A DNA stretch of 20,000 bases from Asterionella formosa (Eukaryota): NCBI GenBank assembly GCA_002256025.1, contig NKIB01012799.1, positions 50,345 to 70,344 on the forward strand, read 5' to 3'. Position 1 is the first letter of the stretch. Each line of letters starts with the position of its first letter. Positions 11,168-20,000 of the stretch are shown piece by piece. A program made the position numbers and the translations under genes. The notes beneath the pieces are model-generated. The model was not told the origin of the DNA and ran no database searches. It worked only from the letters and a program-made list of their open reading frames with translations.

Positions 11168-11545
11168 ATGCGTTGCTCACTATTCCTTACTCTCCTTGTT
11201 GCTGTGTCTACCGCAGTTTCTTCAGCCTTTGTTGTAAAGGCTCCGGCTCGTACATCAGTGGTTCGTATGGAAGCTCAGAGGAACAAGTTCGTCGAGATCG
11301 CCACTACAGCAGCTATTGCTTTGTCGGTCTCGCCTCTGGCTGCTCTTGCCGATGAAGATTATGAATATGGAGCAGTCAGCGCCCCCATTGGCCTTGCCTG
11401 GGGTGTTGGCGTCTTGGCAATCTTGACTGCTTTACTTCCCATCGTTCTACGGGGCGGAGAAGAGGCCTTTGAGGAAATGAAGGACCGTGACAGCGATAGC
11501 TGGGGATCCGGAACGTCTGATCCTTTGGGCAAGAAGAAGAGATAA
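11168..11545 (+). CDS. Small nucleus-encoded plastid protein, predicted single-pass thylakoid membrane protein of unknown function (125 aa precursor)
   Basis: Signal peptide ending VSSA|FVVKAP (ASAF-type heterokont plastid motif, Phe at +1), basic transit peptide, second hydrophobic segment ending in A-x-A (SPLAALA|DED), then an acidic stretch, one TM helix (IGLAWGVGVLAILTALLPIVL) and a charged tail. Start context AAACACCATG. Confidence 0.88.
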   Translation: MRCSLFLTLLVAVSTAVSSAFVVKAPARTSVVRMEAQRNKFVEIATTAAIALSVSPLAALADEDYEYGAVSAPIGLAWGVGVLAILTALLPIVLRGGEEAFEEMKDRDSDSWGSGTSDPLGKKKR

Positions 11546-12087
11546 ATGCTGAATTCTCATTCTATCGAAAGAGCCTGACAACCATCGTCCGTTCTTCAAA
11601 CTATAGCAAATGGTGGAATTACTGTACCCCACAATATGGACGACCTTTTTAGTCAACTAGTTGTGGAATGATCTACATAGCAATAAACTACTGCGCACTG
11701 ATTGTAACTTTTTAGTGGCTTCTACAAAGTATTTATAATTGTGGAAGTGTCTCCAACAGTACGCGATTGAAAAGATGGCATCAAACCTGCATTGATTTAG
11801 GTTAGTACACAATCACCTAGTCATTGTTTACTAGTGATCGAATCTTTCCCACGAGCTCATGTATAATGGTATTGAAGAGTTCTGAACAAGAAGTGTATTG
11901 TTGAATATACATATAAATGTCTTAATTAAACTACAAAATGACCTAATTCAAATTCCACAAAAATGTGAACCACAACATCAAGTACATACACGAAAGTCAC
12001 AACAAATGAGGTATTCTCTTGTATTTTGAGCTGTTGCACCCTTTTCGAGATTTTTTTCTCAATGTTTCTCATTAATTTGTACAGAAA

Positions 12088-12448
12088 AGGGAATGGCTTA
12101 GTGGTTAAGCACGTTGCCTTTGATCTGAGGTTGTGAGGTTTGATTCCTTCAATTTTTTTGAGAAGCAATTGATGGGTTCAACTCCCACACTCCTTACCGT
12201 CCCGCACGGTCTTGCCTGGTGTGCAAGAAATAGTGGGTTGCCCCCCTACAAGAAGCTTGTGCCGCCTTCCTAGGCGGTCGGAGTTTCCCCTAACACTGCG
12301 GCTAAGACAATCACCTTTCGCAAAAGGTGGTTGGGGACTCACCTACGCTAACAAAACTTGGGAAGCACAGGTCTTGTTGGCAGGTAGCACAATGAAATAT
12401 TTGCCTTGAAAGAGGGGAGTACGAATGGGCTGTAAAGGATACTAACTT
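12088..12448 (+). mobile_element. Full-length tRNA-derived SINE-like element (copy D, ~361 bp) with 16-bp target-site duplication
   Basis: A-box TGGCTTAGTGG 12094-12104 with D-stem GCTT/AAGC, anticodon-loop-like CTTTGAT, B-box GGTTTGATTCC 12137-12147. Flanked by TTAATTTGTACAGAAA (12072-12087) and TTAATTTTCACAGAAA (12449-12464), 14/16 identical. Three other partial copies lie in the window. Confidence 0.88.
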
Positions 12449-14799
12449 TTAATTTTCACAGAAACTAGAAATAATTATATGATAGAAATTATCAAACTAC
12501 TCACTGCGGACTCAACAATGTCTCTACTTTTTCGTATCTTTCAAACTGATCAAACGCTGGCGAAAACGCATTCCAGTAGCGGCGATTTCAATTTCGTTGT
12601 CAATATCATAGACCATTCAAATGATTTCAACCCCATGGGTTTGGAACAGATGTATTTTTGCTGAAGGCAATACATTCCCGAGGTGGTCTCATGCCTGCGA
12701 GTATACATGTGTTCGAGGCAGGGTGGCGCCAGTAGGTTGACTGTACAAGTGGCGCCCCTGCTGGCGCTGTGAGACGAAGGTCACCCTACAAGTGCCATCC
12801 CAGCCAAGTACACATGTGTACGAGAAGGCATGTAGCCACCGAGAAGGGTATTGCTGAGGCAATTCACAAACTAGCTATCGTTGTGCCATTCGCTTGCCTA
12901 GCTACTGCCCACTCATCGAGTGTAAATGTCAATTTAAAATATATTTCGTATATTTCCTATCTTCACATCGAAATTTGCAATGGGTCCGATATTGCCCATG
13001 ATTAAAATATATTTTTCATATTTCCATTTTGGCATTACAATTTGTAGCGATTGCCCCTCGGTTGTCCAGCCCTGGGATTGCCGAAATTGGCAAGGGGTCT
13101 ACTTAAGGAAACCATTTTATATACTCTAGAGATTTTAATAATTTATATCTAGAATTCACCTCGTTTTTGTTCGTCTCCTGAAAAGTGGACTCCCGTAGTT
13201 CACCTTTCACCATGCCGATCGTCGTCCATCATTACTGGTTTGAAGAAAAATCAGTTCAGTGATGACGCCAGTAGCGATTCGTTGTCTAACTGATGCTGTT
13301 GGTTGTTGGATTGCTTATCTTCTCGAGGGATTCATGTAGTCGCATCGTCCATATTTCCACAGACGAATGATGATATTGATACATCTGATGTTGGCGGCAA
13401 GTTTTTGCTCCGGTCATGCATGTGAGATGCTTATCGGACATTCTACCAGTAGTCATCTAGCCTACATAAGTACATGGTACTTGAAACAACCATGGATGGT
13501 TTAAGCTAAACTTTAATGCTTACTTTAAGCACGTTATGATATTATCTCTGTAGACTCGGTATTATCTTTATGAAACCAAAGAATGTTAAATTGTATCGTT
13601 CACATATTGATTGATTTTACGTACCAAATGCCCGATTTCGTCCTCACAATTAAAATTCTCACTCTATCCTGCCTTCTGTTGCTCAATTTGGGCTTGTTGC
13701 AAAAGGAACTTTCGACTTTCTTATGAACCCATCGTCTGCTGTGTGTTACGCAGTACAACAGTGAAACACTTAATGTGATCGTAGATACAAACTTGTCGAA
13801 GTTCCAATTTGATTGCTTCCGTGGTTTTTTTGATCGCTTCCATCGTTGTTGGTCGTTCTACACTGTCGTTTTGTTTCGATTGTATCTGCTATCTACACAA
13901 GAGCCAATGTATTTATCGATGACTACTCTTTGACGACATATTGTTGTTGATTGTATTTGTTGATGTGTATAGTAGTCATTTACCATGATGTCAATATTGC
14001 CGCCAAGCAATGCTTTTCTTGCACTAACGCACTTTGCTACATTTCTACTATGAGTTCATATCACAAGCTACATAAATACTCAACTAGAGAGAGTCAATAG
14101 TGCTGGTGCAGCGTGGCGATCACGCTTGCTCAGAATGGAATGATCAGGGTTGCTTGTTTGGTGGCCGGAGGAATGACTGTGGCGGAAAAACTGCTACTGG
14201 TGTAAGGCTACTACAGCGATGCGCATGGTTGCAGCAACCAGACCATTTACGCTACATAACGATGCAGGTCTAAATTGGGTTCAGCGTTTTTTCTTCTTCT
14301 TTCAGTCTTCGATTGTGTGGTGATGGAAAGTCAAGCAATGCTGCCTGTGTAAATACTACAATGATTCACAATGCATGCGTCTCCATTGAAACTCCTTTTT
14401 TTACTTCATTTCTAACCCAAAACAATTTTTTCTATTTCTTATTTGATGCAACTTATTACATCGCATTTCATACTTTGGTTGCTCCAAACATCATGTTCAT
14501 TTTTCATTGATGTTGCATGTTGTTACAATCATTCTCGTATGTTTTACGCTTGTTGTACCACCATCTCCATGCATATTACCGTTATTCTGGTTGTCATGCT
14601 AAAAATCGGCAATTTTAATGCCGAAAAATTCGATGTGCCCCATATTGCCCCTAAATAAAAATAACTTAGAGCCTAAAAATTACTTAGAAGTACCCGAATG
14701 GCAAGACGATAGATGGGGCGGGAATTGTTCGTAAATCATCCCAGAAGTGTTGTCTTGGATTCCAGCTGTTGTGATGCAAAGATTTCAACTTTCGCAATT

Positions 14800-15930
14800 T
14801 TTGCATCATAGTATACGCTGTTTCCATCCCTAGCTAGTAACCCAGTATGAATTTTGGCTAACCTGATGTGCTGCGAAAACCACAACATTGAATTCGTCTT
14901 TTCCCTTGAAACACATCCATGCCCAGCAACCGAGGTCCACATCAGATCCTCTGTCTAGAAGCCTCGAGTGATGGTGTGAAGTGCACGACATGTTACATCC
15001 TCCTCGTTGCAAAATTTTATCTGACCGTTTATCAAAGCATGTATGACTAAACTTTAATTGAGTATAATCTTTCATCAGTCTTTGTTCCCACCGCCCAATT
15101 GCGGAAGCTGTAGCTAGTAGTATCCCAATTCACATTTGTTTCACTCATTCCTTTTAGGTGCCCTTCTAAGAATCTAATTTTTTAAATTCTGCATGTACTG
15201 CGGCAAAACTAGCTATTCCATTAATGTTTTGGAAAACTAATCTTATGTGATTATCATTTAAATACTCGGGATGATCTTCCCATCCGCATTGATTTATCCC
15301 GGATAAAGAGATACTCCCCGGCCGGTGTCATGGACTGAGAATCATCCTGTTGAGTGTTTAGCATGCAGACATATCTGTATCCTGAAGCTGTTGTGTGGGA
15401 TGTTGAATATGTTGTCTGTCACCTGATGTATAAATAATGACGCACTCCAGGGTTTTGCCTTGAGTCATTCGATGGCTCCATAACCAGTGCGATGTGAGTC
15501 TGTTGTTGGTGTAACCTATCGATTCGCAGTAGGTCCGCTCAGGGAGCACTGCACTGCTGGTGATAAATGTAATTGTTGCATCATAGTAAACATCATCTGA
15601 GAAATGTTCTGTTGAAGTTCCTTTGTATCGGTTTGGAGATGCTGCACTTGTGTAAATCAATTTAACCAAGCATGGTACTGGTATTCATCTAGATTTTCTT
15701 GCATTTTTGCCAACTCTGTTTGAATAAAATTTAGACCATGGGTAGTGGATAATAACTGTCAATCTTCCAATCTCTGCTTCAACACATTTGTCTTTTCAAG
15801 CTGGTGAGATGCGCCCTTGTGCCTTATGTTATTTGCCCTTGCATTCAGCTGTGCATGTAAAGTAGTAGACCTAGATTGGTTTTTCTTGATCTGCCATCTT
15901 CTGCTCCATCTTGTGCTGGCACTTTCGTCT
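14800..15930 (-). mobile_element. Decayed non-LTR retrotransposon fragment: N-terminal part of an AP endonuclease domain (~15260-14800) plus upstream sequence
   Basis: Minus-strand translation across frameshifts: DNHIRLVFQNINGI (FQNINGI ~15234-15214), GMSETNVNWD (~15150-15121), LQRGG, DRGSDVDLGCWAWMCFKGKDEFNVVVFAAHQVSQ. These resemble APE motifs of diatom LINEs (FQNxNG, xETN, QPGG, D.LGRWSW...SAYRV). Assignment of 15300-15930 rests only on strand composition. Confidence 0.78.
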
Positions 15931-15939
15931 CTGCAGAAC

Positions 15940-18070
15940 TCGGCAAGGATGACACACCAATCTCACCATCTCCAATTGATACAAAGACTAGGGACATGGT
16001 TTTCGGGATCTTCAATTGAATGGACAACGAAATTTCATGTGCAAACAACAACCCTATGATCATGGATATATTCTAGGCGCAAGAAAAGATGGAGGACAAT
16101 GCATGGAAATATCTCTACTCCCGCCAGACTAAATTTTGAAGTGAACACTGGTAGAGCCAGAAGAAAGGTCCAGTCACCAACAGAGATTTGCCCATGTGAT
16201 CTACTGACTCATGGGAGGATACAATACCAAAACAAAGTATCCATGGTAGACAACTTCGAAGGTCCAAAAAAACATACCGGGACTTTCGAAATTCTCTTCC
16301 GCATTATCACATGCGATTATTGGAGCATCTACTATGCCTAGCACTTGCAGGGACAGAAATATTGCTTAGGCATTTGAAACTGGGATTAAGAATACATATA
16401 GCCACAGAGGATGGGTCACTGAGGACTGCAGAAGGTCGCAGTTCTTTTGGATGTTGTCTATGTTTATCACGACTCCAGAAAATAACCACCAGGGAAACAA
16501 TGGTGGTGTGCTCAGGACCGGTAGATGGGGACAAGACTGCAAACAGTTCAACGAGGGGCGGAATTATTTGGAATAGCATCAAGTTTGCTCTTTCTCATCT
16601 AATTTCTAAAATTTCATGACATAGAGACAACCTCAAGTGAGACTACATGGAGCGATAGTGCTGCCTCTTTAGCGACACTCCACTTTTTATCCTGGACAAG
16701 ACCTCCGGCAAACTCTGATATAGTATCCTCAATATCAGAGATGATTAGAATGTTACCTATATCGGTTCGAATCAAGTGGATTAAAGAACATCAGCAGGAA
16801 GACACTAAAAAAATTCATTTATCATATGAAGAAGCCCAAATGAATGTGAAGGCAGATGCCTGGGCAACACAGTTTTTGCAAACATACAACAAGGACAGAG
16901 GAGGATGGTGGCCCATTCCACAACTCGGCACATTTCTACGCATGGGGGCGAGTCTGCTGATAGATGGTAAAAGAGTCCATAGTCAAGTGGCGGGGAAAAT
17001 CAGTTCAGTCATAAAACACAAGAGCTACAACGTATATTTCGAGAAAAGATAGGAGTTAACACCTGCAATGATGGAGGATCTGGACTGGGAAAGCTTCGAG
17101 GGAGCATTTAAATCACAGGCACATGGAACGAAAACATGTCTCACCAAATTTATTCATGGATGGCTTCCATGTGATAAACGCAGAAAACTGATAAATGATG
17201 GAAATGATGAATGCCCCCATTGTGGTCTTAAAGAGAACAACGAACATATTCTAGTCTGTCGACATCCATGCTCATTTTATAATCAAGGAATCCGGCTCAC
17301 AGCACTAATAAGGGAGGCTAGAATAGTGGCCGTCAAGCATCAAGAGCAACTAGGTGGTTCTAAGATGACGTTAAGGGGTTATCTGAGCATGAAGTGGCAA
17401 CACATGGTAAGTCAAGCCACCAGCCTTCTGGCAGTGCAGACACAGGATCCAGGTAGCAGGTGGGCATGCATGGCAATATCGTAACTTTGGAAGATAACTA
17501 CAGAGGCATGGAAAACGAGGAACGATGAGCTACACAAGGACTGGAACTCAGAAATAGCACAATCGGCAAAAAATGAGAGGATTCGAGTTCTATACAGGGA
17601 ACGGTGAAATCAGTCATCAGGACAGCCACATTTTCAATACAGACCTAGAGATGCTATTGAAATGAAGATTACATAAAATGAGGAGATTCCCAGAGAGAGC
17701 TGATTTCCTAGTAGGGGCGCCATAGACATTTGTGGTGACAGGACAAACAAAACTAAGCACATATTTCATGGCTAAAACCAAAAGGAAGAGAAAAGAAACC
17801 AAGAAAGGCACTTCTACGAGCATACAGAGGGTTCTATTAAAACAAATTAAATTTAGGATCAAGGTCCTTGACCCACATACAGTAAATGAGGATCCATTGG
17901 ACAGGAAAACAAACAATGACAGCACAATTTTGTTTCAGACTCCTCCACACCAAGGGAGTGACCACCACACAATCTTCCACTGCCCAGCTATTTGGGTCAT
18001 GGAGCGCAATGCATATAATCCTGTAGTGAGGCTAGTACTAATGCGCTTTAAAAATTTATTTATATATAAA
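15940..18070 (+). mobile_element. Decayed non-LTR retrotransposon (LINE) 3' part: RNase H, CCHC zinc knuckle, C-terminus and 3' UTR; Ambal-like by domain content
   Basis: RNase H motifs IHIATEDGS (~16392), SSTR/AELFGI (1-nt frameshift ~16557), TTWSDSAASL, IKWIKEHQ, QMNVKADAWA. Then LDWESF, TKFIHGWLP, CPHC-x7-H-x3-C (17212-17259), GYLSMKW, LWKITTEAWKTRNDELH. In-frame stops at 17050, 17482 and 17605. No RT domain seen. Ends in AT-rich TTTATTTATATATA. Clade name is inferred from APE+RNase H content in a diatom. Confidence 0.88.
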
Positions 18071-18235
18071 TAGAAGATGTTCTTTTTGTAGCATTAAAAA
18101 AGTCCCTGTCCATCGACACATTGTCCATTTCAGGAAAATAACTGCAACTTTCAGGTACCCTTATACCAGGTGCTCTGTTTCCCCTACATAATTGAACATT
18201 TCCTACCTATCAGATCACTATTTCTGCACATTTCT

Positions 18236-18275
18236 TTTTTCTTGTGGTGAAAATCTTTTTCTTGTGGTGAAAATC
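18236..18275. repeat. Perfect tandem duplication, 2 x 20 bp (TTTTTCTTGTGGTGAAAATC), ~620 bp upstream of SIT
   Basis: Units at 18236-18255 and 18256-18275. Confidence 0.92.
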
Positions 18276-18892
18276 ATCCAATATTTCCTGACATGATGGA
18301 CCGAAAAAAGGAAATCACATCGGAAGCAAGCAAAAATCGCGACTGAACTGGTCGGCATGTTCAAAAAGAAAGTGTACAAAATGAACCACAAATATTTTGC
18401 CCCAATATGGCTAATAACAATATGTAGGTGATTATACTTCCTATTGATGTACGCAGCGTCTTCATTTATCATTTCGTGCGTACTCCGCGCAACAAATTTT
18501 ATCGACCGTCGGAGGTCCACGTCAACAGTTTATAACCACCGTGGTCAAAAAGAAACTGGCTTTTCCTTCTGTAGATTCTACACAGAGCTCGTATGTTCAA
18601 AATGAAGTTGTTATGATAGTCGTTGTGAACTCAACTTCTTTGTAACTTCCACCTCTCGCAGAACCAATCAATCCTAAGTAGATACGGGATCTGGGATCGG
18701 CCAGCTTTCATTTCAATTCTGGCGGACGGTGACATCGCTCATCCGTTATTACCGACGGTTGCGGGGTCACCCGCCTGCCTCGTCAGCATCAAAATTCGGG
18801 AAAGATACATCGCTTTTCGAACAAATCTTTAATTTTAACTCTACTCACTTTTCTATTTGGGGCCAACCCTGAAAGCCTGAAAAACAACCATC

Positions 18893-20000
18893 ATGACTGA
18901 TAAGGGCGACGTATCATTTGATACCGCCACTGGCGCTACTGCCGTTATACACCACGCTCCTGTCGATATTCATGTCAACCATATTGACGGGAATGTAAAC
19001 CCTTTCACCGCTCATGTCCCTGATGACGACGAAGAAGCCTCTGTCGGAGATGATGACATGGATAATACCTTACCCATTGCGGATGAACACGGTAACCCTA
19101 TGCATTACCCTGACGAAGGAAAGGGCAAGTCGTTGGAATCCGGGGAGAAGAAAAAGGAGGCTTCTCGTTCTGTTATTGGGGCAGGTATTGAGTCTTTCAA
19201 GTACCTGTACTCATGTGGTCTTTTGATTTTCTCTGTTGCCGTGGTCATGGCTGCTATCTTCACGAAGCAGACTGGAGGTACCGCAGACCGTGGTATTCCC
19301 CCTGTGGTTGCCTTTTTCCTCTTTTGGTTCCTTATCATCTGGCTCGCGATGATGGAGGGAGGACAGGGTGCTCTTGTCGGTCTTCAACCCATTGACAAGG
19401 CTCTTTATGCCGAATCCCATCCACGTGCTTTGAAAAACACTACCCTGGCCCACAAGGGAGACAACATGGAACGTTTCATTGTTGGGCGTCAATTTCTTGT
19501 TGTCCTCGTGGTTTTCCTTACGAATATGATGTCGTCCCCGATCAAAGGTGCCAGTGTTTTCGGCATGTCCTCTGGCGCTTGCGATGTCTTTCTTGCCAAC
19601 GGTGTCGCCGTAATCTTGACTGTTATCATGATTGGTCAGTTGACTGCTCAGGTCAACGCAAGTAATTGCTTACTTGACTTCATCAACAACTACTTCATGT
19701 TGTTCACCACCTACGTCTCGCTTGGCATTGAATTCTCCGGTCTCTTGCACTCGGTGTACCTTGTTCAGATCTTTTTCTCCAAGCTCACCGGAAAGCCAAT
19801 TGACTCAAATGAGCCACCCCGAAACGCCATGCAGAATCTGTTTTTCTGGGCCCGCGTCTTGCTGTCCCTCGCAGTTCTCGGATATGCCTTTGCTGTTACT
19901 CTTGGAGCGCTGTTTGCTGGAAAGACTACCATGTGGGACGGCATCCCATCGGCTGTCTCTGTCGTTGTCTTCTTCCTGCTCATGGCCTTTGTTGGAATGA
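18893..20000 (+). CDS. SIT: Silicon (silicic acid) transporter, 5' part (369 codons, continues past the window); resembles SIT3/clade B type
   Basis: Open frame from ATG 18893 (context CAACCATCATG) to the window end, not listed in the ORF track. Contains FWFLIIWLAMMEGGQGALVGLQP (EGXQ), HKGDNMERFIVGRQFLVVLVVF (GRQ), MIGQLTAQVNASNCLLDFINNYF and GIEFSGLLHSVYLVQ, and ends at FFLLMAFVGM just before the expected second EGXQ. Clade assignment is from remembered similarity only. Confidence 0.96.
   Translation, partial: MTDKGDVSFDTATGATAVIHHAPVDIHVNHIDGNVNPFTAHVPDDDEEASVGDDDMDNTLPIADEHGNPMHYPDEGKGKSLESGEKKKEASRSVIGAGIESFKYLYSCGLLIFSVAVVMAAIFTKQTGGTADRGIPPVVAFFLFWFLIIWLAMMEGGQGALVGLQPIDKALYAESHPRALKNTTLAHKGDNMERFIVGRQFLVVLVVFLTNMMSSPIKGASVFGMSSGACDVFLANGVAVILTVIMIGQLTAQVNASNCLLDFINNYFMLFTTYVSLGIEFSGLLHSVYLVQIFFSKLTGKPIDSNEPPRNAMQNLFFWARVLLSLAVLGYAFAVTLGALFAGKTTMWDGIPSAVSVVVFFLLMAFVGM

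Noticed and set aside
12088..12160. Functional tRNA-Gln(TTG) gene
   Set aside because: The D-stem and boxes are present, but anticodon and acceptor stems do not pair, and homology among copies extends far beyond the tRNA-like part.
12960..14700. Possible decayed DNA transposon (recurring ATTGCCC motifs near 12990, 13050 and 14644; TCGGCA/TGCCGA hairpin near 14605-14624)
   Set aside because: No convincing terminal inverted repeats, TSD or coding motif could be established by eye.
19014..20000. Short ORF-track ORFs in alternative frames and on the minus strand
   Set aside because: They are shadows of the SIT reading frame starting at 18893.

Overview
Eukaryotic genomic DNA, almost certainly a diatom: it has a silicon transporter, an ASAF-type bipartite plastid presequence and short GT-AG introns. 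Five protein-coding genes are supported: a DnaJC3/P58IPK-like TPR+J-domain co-chaperone (minus, 1 intron), a Nudix hydrolase (plus), an organellar GatB/PET112 (minus, 1 intron), a small plastid/thylakoid single-pass protein (plus), and the 5' 1.1 kb of a silicon transporter (SIT, plus, runs off the window and is absent from the ORF track). Intergenic DNA holds a decayed non-LTR retrotransposon: an RNase H + CCHC 3' part on plus, back-to-back with an AP-endonuclease part on minus. It also holds four copies of a ~360 bp tRNA-headed element. One copy is full length with a 16-bp target-site duplication, and its 3' tail resembles the 3' end of the LINE, so this is a candidate SINE/partner-LINE pair in a diatom. 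GTACCAG/CTGGTAC repeat clusters sit in gene-proximal upstream regions, and a 10-N gap flanked by poly-G/poly-C is probably an assembly artefact. All alignments were done by eye; no database search was run.
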